Shown piece by piece: positions 51,801 through 64,000 of a stretch of DNA of 64,000 nt. The notes below the pieces were generated by a model, which made no database searches, had not been told where the DNA came from, and saw only the letters and a list, made by a program, of their open reading frames with translations. Position numbers and translations under genes: made by a program. Numbering within the stretch: position 1 is the stretch's first letter; each line of letters starts with the position of its first letter. This DNA comes from Lama glama (Eukaryota): positions 75,766,001 to 75,830,000 of the forward strand of contig CM052816.1 of NCBI GenBank assembly GCA_028534125.1. The letters are read 5' to 3'.

Positions 51801-52894
51801 GGAATTAAGTAGGGAGTAAATGATTGAAAAAAAAAAGATGAATTGCAATCATTAAAACCTAACTATGTTCAGTAGATACTGTATGATGTTTAAATATACA
51901 CAAAAATAAATATTTGGAGAATTGAATCATCTGAAACCTATGGCGCAGAAGTTTGATGAAATAACAGAGACTTTTGGGGAATGTTTCCTAAAGGATCAAA
52001 CATTTACTATCTCTATTTTATCTTTTGTTCTTGACGTTTGTGTATTTTAATAATTCTCACTCATATAAAGTAAGATACACATTTTAAATTATATTTATAC
52101 AAGTTAAATTCGTATTTATCTCCCTTACCAAAAGAGTGAAACACTATTTATTTCTTCGTTAAGCATGCAGTGCAGAGTTGACTCTGGAATTAGTGAGAGG
52201 AGAAAACTCAATTTTTACTCTGTTTGTATCTGCTTTAAATATTTCAGAGAATTGAGTGTATTTGAGCTGATTCTGTTGCAGTGCATTAGTGGACTCTCAC
52301 AAGAGCTGAATTGTTTTTCTGCATGTTTTCCTGACTCCAGTGTTCGGTGAGGAACCTCAGAAGAACGTAACTTTCTAGTTAATAAATATTTTTGAGTGAG
52401 AACATAAAAAGCATTCCATAGGCTAAAAATTCACTCGATAATTTAATAACCTCCGTCAGGTGTGGAGGAAGGCTATATTGAAATTTTGGTTGTTGGGAAA
52501 AAAATAAGTATTTAAGAGTAATATACTCAGGATGGTCTGTGACTTGGTGCACAGTGGAATGAAGGAACATCTTGTTCTTAACAGTTCAGCATGCCTCCTT
52601 ACTAATGGAATGCTTAATTTCATTAACAGGAATACTGAAGAACGGTATGACAGCATTTTCTTTGCCTTGAATCTTAGTTCTTAATTTTATTTGAAAATGC
52701 AATAGGAAAAAATGTTTATACACTTTGGCTTTAAAGGATTCATTTAGTAACTATGGGATGTTTTCCCCATGAAAAGACAACTACTTAAAAATGCCTAAAG
52801 ACGAAAAATCCTTTTTGGTTTTTTATAGCAAAGCATTTGAAAGGAGGAAGGGTGGAGAAGAGAGAAAGGAAGGAGGAAGGAAGGGAAAGACCAG

Positions 52895-52909
52895 GAGAGA
52901 CAGAGAGAC

Positions 52910-52942
<33 letters not shown>
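52895..52942. repeat. (GA)n microsatellite
   Basis: Direct reading. Confidence 0.9.
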
Positions 52943-52945
<3 letters not shown>

Positions 52946-54829
52946 TGCCTGGATGGTAAATCAGTTACACCTTTTCACACAGTCACAGACCGAGGTGATG
53001 ATGTTACAGGCCTGTCACTCTTGAAAGTTCCACCTAGAAGTCCCCAAGGCAACAAAAACAAACCTTCATAAAAAGCCTATGTGTCATCAAGTACTATCAG
53101 AAATGTAGGAGATTTGGATGACTTATTAGAAGTGATTTGTTTTCTTTTAGAATGCCCAGTATCACTGTCGGGTTTCAGTATAAACAAGGTGAGTTACCTT
53201 TCCCCAAGAGACTGACTCTTTGAAATGGCAAGAGGGAGTAAGATTTTCTACCCATTCTTTCTTTCAACCATAAAAATATTCTAAATATGCTCATAGGAAT
53301 ACAGGGTAAATTATTATATACACTATCTGTTTTTATAATTTATGGGCTTAGAAAGAAAACCTGTTGCCTTATGAAAATAAATAGAACTTAGAACATATTT
53401 TCAACATTGATTCTGCCTAGAAGAAATGGTTTCATAGATAAATTTTGGAAATACTGCACTATGTTTCCCCCTTAGAAAGTCTCATTGCATGCTTTATGAA
53501 AGGCCCTGAGATATCCAATCATGAAAAAATTTCAAAACTGTTTAACTTCACTTTAGTTAGCCTGCCCTAGATTTATTTGATCTTGCTCTTTTATCACTAA
53601 CACCTATTAACATGAAACAGATCAGAATTTGTTGGAACACATGTGGAAGATCTTTCCAAATATGGCAAAGGATGATTTATTTTTCTGAGTAGTTTAGAGA
53701 CAAACATAATAATTTCAGTAGAGACATACTTATTTTGATGTGTGAGAAAAAATACACATCTCATTCATGATTGACTGGGTATTGTTGCTTAGAATGAAGC
53801 CCTAGTTAATCTATGAAAAAAGAAGTATATTCAAAGAAAGTACAAAGTCAATAGTAGTAGACATAATACATAGTATGGTGAAATCGTGATGCTAGAAGGA
53901 GGATGTCTGAAGGTTGGGAAATGCTGGTTTAATCTATAAATAGGTTGCAGTACTTTGGATGTGCAGCTTGAGACTGGCCATCAGGAAACTTGGGGAAAGG
54001 GGGTAGTTAGCTCTCTGGTTCTGGTTTAAAATAGTTTTGTGATCTGGGAGGCCAAGCGGTTCTAGACCTCAGTTTCCTTATCTGTACATAGAGCTGGATT
54101 GGAGACTATCTTGGTTGACTTCAGCTCAACAATGTTGGTGTGAACAGAAGGATATCACAGTGGCCTGATCTGTTAACCCCTTTCATGCACTTTGAGATTC
54201 AGGGAAGGCTCTTTTATTTCTGTGTAGCTAGAGAATTATAACCTGCATTGCTATCTTTACCAGGAAAACAGTGGCTAAATGTTGTCCTGACCACACCTTA
54301 GTGAATGAATGCTGACCAGGCTGTCCTGCTGATGCCTGGGTTCCTGGGTGGCAGTGGAGCAGAACGCTTCATTTTGTGACGTGCATTGTTTGACACCTCC
54401 TTATGCCTTTTTCTCAAAGTAGCTGAGCCAGATTGCTGGATTTGAGCTACCTTTGTGTGAATGGAGCACATGGCAGTTCAAGCTTCCAGTAATTTCCTTA
54501 GTGACTGCCTGGAGGACAAGACTATCTGGAGGACGAGGCTTACTCACTTATTTTTTCACCCCCCACCCCATTTCTTTGTTATTTTGGAGAATTGACAGCC
54601 ATTTAATGTAATATTGAGTCTTCTCATCTAGTCTTGTTTTAAATTTCTAAAAATGTAACTTTTTTGGTTATATTTATTGCTAGGATTTTTGTTTGTGTGT
54701 TTCATTTTGATTTTTGTTTGTTTTTAACGATTCTTCATTGTTTTGTGAATGAGCTCTTGTGACCTATTACATTTTCTAACTGCTTATTGTTAGGGCAACG
54801 TAATGTATTGTTTATGTATACAAACTCTG

Positions 54830-55025
54830 CCAGGCTCTGTCACTTACTGGCTTTGTGACCTCACACAGTTACTTAACCTGTCTGTTCCTTAGGATTTTTT
54901 TTAATCTTTAAAATCAGGATAATAATACTAACCTCCCTCAGGATTAAATGAGTTAACACATTAAAATGTATTTAGTACAATGCTTGGTACATTGCCCTCC
55001 AAAATTGTTAGCTGTTATTATTATG
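54830..55025 (+). mobile_element. MIR SINE relic
   Basis: ctctgtcacttactggctttgtgacct…acttaacctgtctgt…aggattaaatgag MIR core; similar relics at ~61400-61595 and ~44420-44560. Confidence 0.65.
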
Positions 55026-55249
55026 CCTGATATCTAGGACAGTCTTGTCCCCTCTGACCTCAATCCAGAGCTAACTGAACACTAATCAACCAGAGTCAGA
55101 TGGCTGCACTTGCTGTTAGAGATCATCATTAATGTACAGTCTCAGGTTGTATCTCTAGGGCAAGATGAGCGAACACATCCCAAAGCCATGGACCACCAGA
55201 AACCACAGACATCCTGACTCCTGAAAGTACGATTAAGAAATGATAGAAA

Positions 55250-55797
55250 TGAGGCGGGAAGCCCCATACAAAGACCAGCAGGACCCCCAAGCAGGGCCAC
55301 TACTCTCTTGTGGGCACCATCCTGTTCCCTGGCCCAGAGTCTCTATCACACTTTTTGCCTCTGAAAACGGCTTACTTACCCCTAAAATTCTATTGGTTCC
55401 CTGAGCTCACTTCTGATTGGTTATTTCCTTCACTCCTGATTGGTTATTACTCTCACTTCTGGTTGGTCCACTTCCCTAACTTCTGATTGGTCCATTTGTA
55501 TTACTTCAGTTGCATGGAGCTCACTCCTGGTTGGTTATTTCTCTCACTCCTGATTGGTCTAGTTCTACAAAGCTTGTTCCTGGTTGGTCAACTTCTGTTA
55601 CACTTTATTTGCGTATGATGTTGCAAAGTGTAAAACTGGCAGCCTATAAAAACTTGGAGTGCTAACTCCTCTGGGCCTGCTGGCGTAATAAACCTGAGTT
55701 CTCCAACTCTCCAAGTGCTGCTTGGTCTCTAGCCTGGATCCAGGTTGCTGTCACAACTGAGCTGTAACACCGAGCTGTAACACATTTTTCCGCGACA
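55250..55797 (+). mobile_element. ERV1-type solo LTR (548 bp)
   Basis: TGAGGCGGGAA…TTCCGCGACA imperfect inverted termini, 4-bp TSD GAAA (55246-55249 and 55798-55801), TATAAAA at 55645-55651, AATAAA at 55687-55692. Confidence 0.85.
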
Positions 55798-57794
55798 GAA
55801 ATATCACAAGACAGTATTTTATTCAGGCCTCTTTGTTCATCCCTTTTAAAAAGCCAGAATTCAAAGAAAATTGATGTTGCTTTGAGCAATTTAGTTTTGA
55901 TAGCCAATGGTAATTTTTTGAACTATGAAGAATAGAAGATTTTGAAAGAATTATGTGTGTTTAACACTGTCAGTCTCCACAAAGTAAAATAGTAGATATA
56001 TGTTTAACCAAAAAAACTCTTTCTTTTGAAATGGTTTGATGTCATTTGGCTATCAAACCAGATAATTTTGCATATACTTAGAGTTTTTATCAAACCGTCT
56101 GAGTGTATCCTATAGTACAGATACTCAAATTCTAGTGTATATATAAAACTCAGGATTCCCTCAATGCTTAAGACACAGATACAAGGGGCCCAGCTAAGAC
56201 TCACTGAATCAGCACTGTATTTTCATCAGCACCTCAGGTATTGCTGATGTATGCAGGTGGACCACACTTTGAGGACTGTTGCTCTGAAGTATAAATGTCT
56301 TTAATTGAAGAAAAGCACTTTGAAGCAGTTTCTTTCTTAGGAAACCCTTCTATGTTGCATGACCTTAGTTTTTTAGAACTGTGAAGTCAAATGTGTTTTG
56401 TTTTTATTTCTTTTCTAGCCTTTCCTAACTGTAGCCCGAGACATATGGTATTTAACATAGGGGTGGTGCAGTTTATGTAACCAGAACAGGAAACATTCAA
56501 TTCAAAACACACCCCTTGATTGCAACATCCTTGAAACTGACCTGGTAGAATAGATCTAGCTTTTCAAAGGATCACCCTTAGCTTATTTACCTTGGCTATC
56601 TTATGGGCAATCTTATGGCAATCTGTATAATTGTGGTCACCACGTAAAACATGTAACTTCAGGTTTTACGTGACTACACAAGTAGCAATAAAATGGAAGC
56701 AACAAACAATGGACTCTCTCTCAGGTAGCATTCTATTTAACCTAAGTTCACTTCTTCAGTGCTGCAGCTGTTTAATTGGATCAGCTTATAAAAGGCTTGA
56801 TAATTCACATTTTTAGTCAGAATCAAAGTTCAGAGAAGTATTCCTCTGTTTCCTTTCTCCAGACATTGAGAAACAGTAGAGTTCTTATGTTTTTGGAGGG
56901 TCATTTTAGAAAAAAAAATGGAATGATTATTAAACAGTAAAATACTAGGTAATAACTCGGAAAAATTTTAATGGGATTGGCTTTTGCTTTAAATTATATT
57001 AATCAGAAGTTTTGCTTGTTCTGCTGGACTCGGCAGATTGAAGGCTTTTTGATTCTGACCCCTTGGTATTACTTGAATCATTTACTTCTCTACATCTCCA
57101 CCACCTACGTTGATCCACTTTCTTTCCCCTCCTGGTCTACATTCAGAGGCTCCCAGGCTCCGAGGTTCCCCATTCTATTTGTATCCCTTTCTGATCAGTT
57201 CTCCACATGAATCTCAGAGTGGTCATTTTAATAACATAAATTAAATCACATCATTCTTCTGCCTAGAATCCTTTAGAGGCTTTCCTCAGCTAAAAGTCCT
57301 CATCATGGTCCACAAGTTTCTGCATGAGCTGCTTCTGGCCTCCCTTTCCAACCCCAGCCCCATCTCCATCTTGCTCATTATGCTCAAGTCACTTTGCCTC
57401 CTTTGTCCCTTGATTCTTTAACCCATCCATACCCTTCCCTAACTCAGGGCCTTGGTGCAAACTGTCCCCTCTGCCTGGAAGTCTCTTCCCACTATTTTAG
57501 CTGGCTAAATTCTGCTCCTCTTTTAGATCTGTGCTTAAATGACACATCTTTAGGGAGTTTCTCCAAAGCTAAATTGTGTCTCTCCCATTTTTCTCCTCCT
57601 TTCATATTCTCTTCTCTCAGTACTTATCACAATATGTAAATATATGTGCATGTGTTTATTAATATCTGCCTTTCCCACTAGTCTATCTTGAAAGAAAAAT
57701 TATGGTCATGTTGTTCATTACTATATCCAGGTGCCTACCAGAGCACCTGGCCCTGAATGAATAAAAGTAAAGATCTGTAATTACCTGGTGCACT

Positions 57795-59460
57795 AGTTAT
57801 CTACTGCTGTGTAACAAATGGATGCACAAACTTAGACATTTACTTGAAGTAACAAACAGTTCTTATCTCATAATTTTGATGAGCCAAGAATTTGGAGTGG
57901 CTTTTCTGGGTGACTATGGTTCAGAGTCTCTCATGAATTATAGTCAATATATCAGCCTTTTACCAAGTCCAAACTCATTCTGCTCGCCACTTGACAGGCG
58001 AATAAATCAGAAGAGGAGGTGTTGGGGCAAGGAATAACGACTTTATTTGGAAAGCTAGCAGACCAAGAAGATGGAGACTGATGTCCTAGAGAACCATCTT
58101 ACCTAAGTCAGAATTCAGGCTCCTTTTATACTAAAAAAGGGAAGGGGGCATGGTTGGTTGTTGCAAATTCTTGGTGTCGGAATCCTTTGTTCTTGCAGCT
58201 GTCCATGTATGTCAGGTCACGGTGTCCCTGTAAACCTCCAACAAGACAAATGTTATTTTCTATTCTACCACTTTTTATCTTTATATGAATGGGAAAGTGT
58301 TAATACCCTTAAAGGTCAGAGCCTTAAAGATGGGCTATCCTGTATATTTCAGGCTACAGGCAACATTCTTTTACAAAAGGTGCAGAAGCAGCATGCCTAA
58401 GCACAGGGTTAGAACCAAAGGGACAGATCTAATATGGAGTCAGATTTGTTCTTCCCTACTACAGCCAAGATTGTAGGCATCTGAGGGCTTGAGTGGGGCT
58501 ATAGGATCTGTTCCAAGAGGGCTCACTAACTAATTTTTGTGTAGGTTATTAAGACTACTGGCAGGAGGCCTCAGTTACATGCCACAGGGGCTACTCTGCA
58601 GGGCTGTTTGAGTGTTCTCCTAATGTGACAGCTGGCTTCTCCCAGAGGTATGATCTAAAAGAGAAGGTGATTAAGGAGTAGGCCATCAATGTCCTAATTT
58701 TGGCTATCACGTGCTACTTTTTACTGCATCTTACTTGTTAAAAGCAAGTCACCAAGTACAAATCACAATTAAAGGGAGAGGAAATAGCTCCATCTTTGGA
58801 AGGGAGGAGTATCAAACAATTTGTGGATATTTTGGAAACCATCACAGTTCTTTCTCTGGCCACAAATTACTTATAATGCCTCCACATGCAAAATATACTA
58901 AACTAGCCCCTTATCCCTCAAGAGTCTCATTCCCTTAAATTATCAGCTTAAAATGTAGAATGTTGGCTTCAAAATCAGGTCCAATTGTGGAGAGACTTTT
59001 TGGATGTAGTCCCTTAAATATAGCTCCTTTAATACCAATTCCTCTTGATCCAAAGACCTATTAATTGAAGAGACAAGTTATCTACTCCTCCTACAGCCAA
59101 CCTGTCAGGGTGGGATGGTCCTGGCATAACCACTATAGCCATCCTGTTAAGAAGAAAGGGTAACATGCACAAGGGTCCTTAGTCTGTGGAGATTCTGAAA
59201 GCCAGCTGGGCACAGGTTGCAGTTCCGGAAATAATTTTGAATGGCTCTTGGCTCCACCCTCTGCTCTCACTTCCTGCCTCTGGGCCATTGTTTTTTGTTT
59301 GCTTGTTTTTCACTAGAGATAGTGTGTGTCTACAGCTGACTGGTTTCTTGCAGCGTACTACCTGCTTGTAGAAGTTGGGGAGTCTAATGACCTCTTTTCA
59401 CTTTGCATTCTTTCTGTCCCTCTCAGTCCAAGCCAGTGGTATCTCTGCCAATGTAACACG
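57795..59460 (-). mobile_element. MLT1-type LTR plus internal MaLR fragment
   Basis: tagttatctactgctgtgtaacaaat…; resumes after 58462 and ends near gaaaccatcaca, followed by internal-like sequence. Confidence 0.55.
57958..58462 (-). mobile_element. ERV solo LTR nested within a MaLR element
   Basis: Flanked by repeated agcc; TTTATT and TTTTATA give poly(A) and TATA signals on the minus strand; interrupts MLT1-like sequence on both sides. Confidence 0.65.
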
Positions 59461-60888
59461 TGTAGAAATATATTTACAATGCAGAGAAAATTATATGGAG
59501 AAAGAAATTATATGGAGGGCCTGGGAGGGCTCCAAGATAGACGAAGTCTAGGTAGCATTTTCAAGAGTGAATAGAAATCCATTAGGAAGGTCACTTGGAG
59601 ATGAACAATTTGAGTATACAGAAAAGCTTGCACAGAAATACAGCAGACTCAAAATGTAATGTATCTACAGGGACATACATATAACTTGGTATTAATAGAA
59701 TAAGAGTCATGATAGGAATTTTGTATTTTATCCTGTAACTCATTATTTCTTAAAATAAGGCCTACCAAACTCACATTCATTAGGGCCCTTATTAAATCAT
59801 TAGGGCTCTTATTAAAACTGCAGCTTCCTGGACCCTACTCTAGACTTGCAGTATGAAACTCTCTGGGGAAGGGACTCAGGGATCCCTCAGTTTTAAGATT
59901 AGCTGCTCTAGGCCCTGGGTCTTAAAAGGTTTTCAGTAGGAAGTGGGTTCCACAACATGATTTACAGTTTCGATAGATTACTCTGGGAGCTGTCTGGAGG
60001 GTGGAGGGTGATCGGAAAGGTAGATGCTGTAGGTTTTTGCAGTGGTCCAGGTAAGAGATGTTGAAGGCCTACAGATATGAAAAAAGGAAAACTGAGAGAT
60101 CCCGAAGAGAACATAAACACCAGAGTATAGTAAAATGGATTTTTTATGTATAAGCACATAGATATATGGAATTTACAATGCATAAATGTCTCAAGTTTTG
60201 TGGGAACACAGAGGAGTCAGAAAATAACACAGGTAGTTGGCAACGAGAGATGAAAAAGAGTGGGAGGCAAAAAAGAGAACTTAGATATAGCAAAGAGCAT
60301 GCAGAAAGCCAGGTGAGGACCTGATACACTTTGGAATACTAGGAAGTGGGTTGGATTTGAATACAGTGGCTTAAGGGAAAGTGGTGGCACATGAGGCAGA
60401 AAAGAGAAGATCAGGTCACCAGAGAGCCGCTGGCTGATCCCAAGCTGTTTCCTCCTCTTCCTGAGCACAGCCATTGTCCTTGCACTTAAATGAAGCCGTA
60501 TGGTAGAGTCCTCACAATTGCAATTGGGTGGAAGTGATCTGCTCCATTCTAGGTCTAAATCACCCCCATGCTAATCTCCTTCTCACTCTAGATATGCATG
60601 GCAACCTTAGAAGCCACTTGTTGGAGATGTCAAAGCCACCAGATGGACAAAGCCTGGGTTCCTGAATTACCTTTTGGAGCGTAAGTGCCAGTGGATAAGG
60701 AACATCCATTTTAGATTTAATATAAGAAATAGACTCTCTTTGGTTTGAGCCAGGATGTAAGCATGCCATGCAAAGGAATTTGGACGTTATCTCACTGGCA
60801 AAGAGGAGTCAACAGACATTTCAAATAAGGAGTGATGTGATCTGGTTTGTTTTTAGGGGGAAATTACTTTCAGCATCTAGTAAAGAGA

Positions 60889-61054
60889 GTGGGTTTTTTA
60901 AAAAATTTTATTTTTAGGGTTTTTTTTTTTTTTTGGTGGAGGAGATAGGTTTACTTACTTATTTATTTTTGGAGGAGGTACTGAGGATTGAACCCAGGAC
61001 CTTGTATATGCTAGGCATGTGCTCTACCACTTGAGCTACACTCTCCTTCTATGT
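60889..61054 (-). mobile_element. tRNA-derived SINE (Vic-1-like)
   Basis: Reverse-complement head; TSD atctagtaaagaga at 60875-60888 and 61055-61068. Confidence 0.9.
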
Positions 61055-61923
61055 ATCTAGTAAAGAGAAGTCTCAAGGAATAACATGAAAGTCTTCCACA
61101 AATGTTCAAAAGGTGTCTCGTGAACGGGGGATTAGCGCTGCTATGGGAGGGGTGCAGACCAGACACTGAAAGTTCCAGCTGAAATAAGTGCAGCTCAACC
61201 TAGAAGGAAGAAATTTCCAGGAGAGCTGCTCCTATGAGAGATTTCTTCAGTGAGCCTCCTTTCCCTCCAGAGATATCCAGTGGGAGGCTGGGGGACTTCC
61301 TGTTCAAGGTTTTGGTGGAGAACTGAAATAAAATACCTTTAAGATATTTTTCAATTTTGGGATTCCATGACCTGAAGAGACATTGAAAGAGGATGAGCAT
61401 GGGACTTGGGACCCAGTGGCCATCTCACCAACTTGTTAATGACTTGGGGCAAGTCACTTCACTTTTCTGGACCTTGATCTTCTTACCAGTAAAACAGGGA
61501 CAATAATACAACCTACCAAACAGGGTTGTGGTGGGGATTGAACAGTTAGTAATGCCTGGTATATAGTGAGCACTTATTAATAAATATTAGCTGTTCTTTC
61601 TATAGTCCCCTTAAGAATGTGTCCCCACACGAGGCATGTAATTCATCTCTTCTTTATGTATATCATTACACATTTCCACATTAATTATCTAAGCATTGAC
61701 TTTGAATTCTCTTGTTCCATTTTGTGTATATAGCCACAGTCACCCTTTCCATGTATATAGGTTTGAGCCTGCAAACAACATTTAGCAGCTACAAAATTTG
61801 CATAAATCCCCTATCTACTTATTAATACTACTTTCTATTTACTCTATCATCTCTAGCAACTTGTTAAACAGGCTCAATTATTACATGATTGTGAAAATGA
61901 ACACAGAGGTTTCAAACACTTAA

Positions 61924-61962
61924 ACACACACACACACACACACATGCACGTGCACACACACA
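61924..61962. repeat. (CA)n microsatellite, imperfect
   Basis: Direct reading. Confidence 0.9.
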
Positions 61963-62816
61963 TACATATGCCACTCTCATGAAAAATAACCTATAAGGTA
62001 ACTTTAAAAAAGAAAGACAGAACTTAATTTTCTTAATGACTTTGTATCTTTTTCCTGAAGCCTGTCTTTCTTTTAGTTCCTGAGACTGTGGCCTACATTA
62101 ATTTGTATAGCTGTATTAACTTTTATCAGAGAGCTTTAGAGAAACCAACTAGATCATTATACACTAGTCTTTTGATTCCCGGGAACATAGCTATTGACCA
62201 TAAAAAAGGTGATTAACATAATATCTATTACTTCCTATTTTCTGTGGTCTGGCTGGCCACCTTGGCTTTAAGGAGAAGACTGGACTTGACCTTACACTGC
62301 TGGGAAAGTTTATTAGCTTTGCCTTAATTAAACCTGCGCCATATAGTAGGAAGAAGGATATCACTGCCCCTTTGTTAGTCTTGGCGATCCTCCCGTTTCT
62401 CTTTTGTGATAAATCACCCACCCTTTGGCCTCTGATTATCCACCAGAGAAACAGGTGATTGCTCTGTAGAACAGAGAGGGAAGTATACTATGGTTTAATT
62501 TTCAACTGCAAGGGTTTGGCATATTATGTCAGGAACAAATAAATCTGAACAGTTACTCATGTAATGTTTAAGCAATGCTGGGCTTCTTTTATTACGATTT
62601 TATGGAAGGCTGTCTGCAAAGGCTGGCATTCTGCTCTTGCTGGCAGATATTCAGGTTGTGAGGCTGCGACTGGGTCTCCAGCTCTAGAAGTGAAGAAGAT
62701 ATGTTTTCCCCCAGGGAGTGAGACATTTGCTAGAGCAGTGCTCACAGAATCAGGAGGCAGCCTATAGAGTATTGCAAATGTGTTTTAAGGGGGATCCCTC
62801 CATGTAAAGCAGTTTT

Positions 62817-62853
62817 TTTTTTAACATTTTTTATTGATTTATAATCATTTTAT
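62817..62853 (-). mobile_element. Ultra-short L1 3'-terminal insertion
   Basis: 15-bp TSD atgtaaagcagtttt at 62802-62816 and 62854-62868; insert resembles the L1 terminus at ~5221-5257. Confidence 0.8.
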
Positions 62854-63016
62854 ATGTAAAGCAGTTTTAGACACCAAATTTTCAACAGTGAATATTTCTT
62901 TGGAGAAGGATTTGGTAAATGGTCAACAAGTAGAGGTAACTTCTATTTTTAACTTTATATATACTCTTACTGCTTGATTAAAAACAATAGTTGATACAAA
63001 ATAAAAATGATCATGA

Positions 63017-63715
63017 TGCAACTTCTTTATCCAGTCATCTGACATTGGGCATTTAGGTTGCTTCCATATCTTGGCTGTTGTAAATAGTGCTGCTATGAAC
63101 ATTGGGGTGCATGGATCTTTTCAAGTTAGAATTTCCTTCTGATATATGTCCAGGAGTGGTACTGCTGGATCATATGGTAAATCTATTTTTAGGTTTTTTT
63201 TAAAGGAAGCAACCTAAATGTCCATCGACAGATGATTGGATAAAGAAGTTGTGGTGTATATATACAATGGAATACTACTCAGACATAAAGAAGAACAAAA
63301 TAATGGCATTTGCTGCAACCTGGATGGACTTAGAGATTATCACACTAAGTGAAGTAAGTCAGACAGAGAAAGACAAATATCACATGATATCACTTACATG
63401 TGGAATCTAAAAAATATGACACAAATGAACTTATTTACAAAACAGAAACAGACTCACAGACATAGAAAACAAACTTATAATTACCAAAGGGGAAAAGGGG
63501 GAAGTTTGGGATTAGCAGATACAAACTACTGTATACAAAATAGATTAACAATAAGGCCCTACTATATAGCATAGGGAACTATATTCAATATATGGTAATA
63601 ACCTATAGTGAAAAAGAATATGAAAAAGAATATATATATGACTGAATCACTGTGCTGTACATCAGAAACTTTCACAACATTGTAAATCAACTATACTTAA
63701 ATAAAAGGTATTTTT
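63017..63715 (+). mobile_element. 5'-inverted (twin-primed) L1
   Basis: Antisense L1 piece 63019-63204 joined to sense L1 3' end 63205-63715; TSD aaatgatcatga at 63005-63016 and 63716-63727. Confidence 0.88.
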
Positions 63716-64000
63716 AAATGATCATGACAAAAACTAATGGCTCTCAAATGTTTTTAATGTTGGAGAGAAGCTCTGACTACTGTCTTTGCTAAAAATAAAA
63801 AAGTTGTCAGCATTTTTGCATGTGTTTCAGAAATGACCCTTTCACCAGGGCTATAGCTTGTATTTTAAAATCAGGCTTAATTGAGTAGAGAAGAGGAGAA
63901 GAAATTTGACATGGAGAGGCTGGTAGAAAGTGCGATAATATGTCTCAACCAGGTCTTGAAGCACTGACTCTAAGAAACTGGCTCTATGGGAGAAGAAAGT

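Noticed and set aside
55390..55595. CRISPR-like repeat array
   Set aside because: Degenerate tandem units without unique spacers, inside a mammalian LTR, with no cas genes.
59777..59816. 20-bp tandem duplication (similar small ones near 20090, 49040 and 59485)
   Set aside because: Ordinary slippage-type microduplications with no sign of function.

Overview
Mammalian genomic DNA, most likely camelid, judging from seven copies of a tRNA-derived SINE resembling Vic-1. Two convergent protein-coding genes are present: the last three coding exons and 3'UTR of TTC33 (+ strand, ~10.5-17.4 kb) and the complete PTGER4 (prostaglandin E2 receptor EP4) gene (- strand, ~27.5-39.6 kb, 489 aa) with its CpG-island promoter. 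The remaining ~24 kb upstream of PTGER4 is gene-free and rich in L1, L2/MIR, MaLR/ERV LTR and MER DNA-transposon relics. I see no prokaryote-type system and cannot claim a new biological system. The most unusual signal is a ~100-bp near-perfect ectopic direct copy of the PTGER4 exon 2/intron 2 junction, with an intact splice donor, 2,806 bp away and upstream of the gene's own promoter. Other leads are a TATA-plus-donor candidate alternative first exon in intron 1, a 31-codon uORF, a TM7 Ser>Ala change near the ligand-binding Arg, an intronic CTCF motif, a CCAAT-array solo LTR and several mechanistically informative L1 insertions. Repeat family names and human comparisons are from recall, not database searches, and repeat boundaries without TSDs are approximate.
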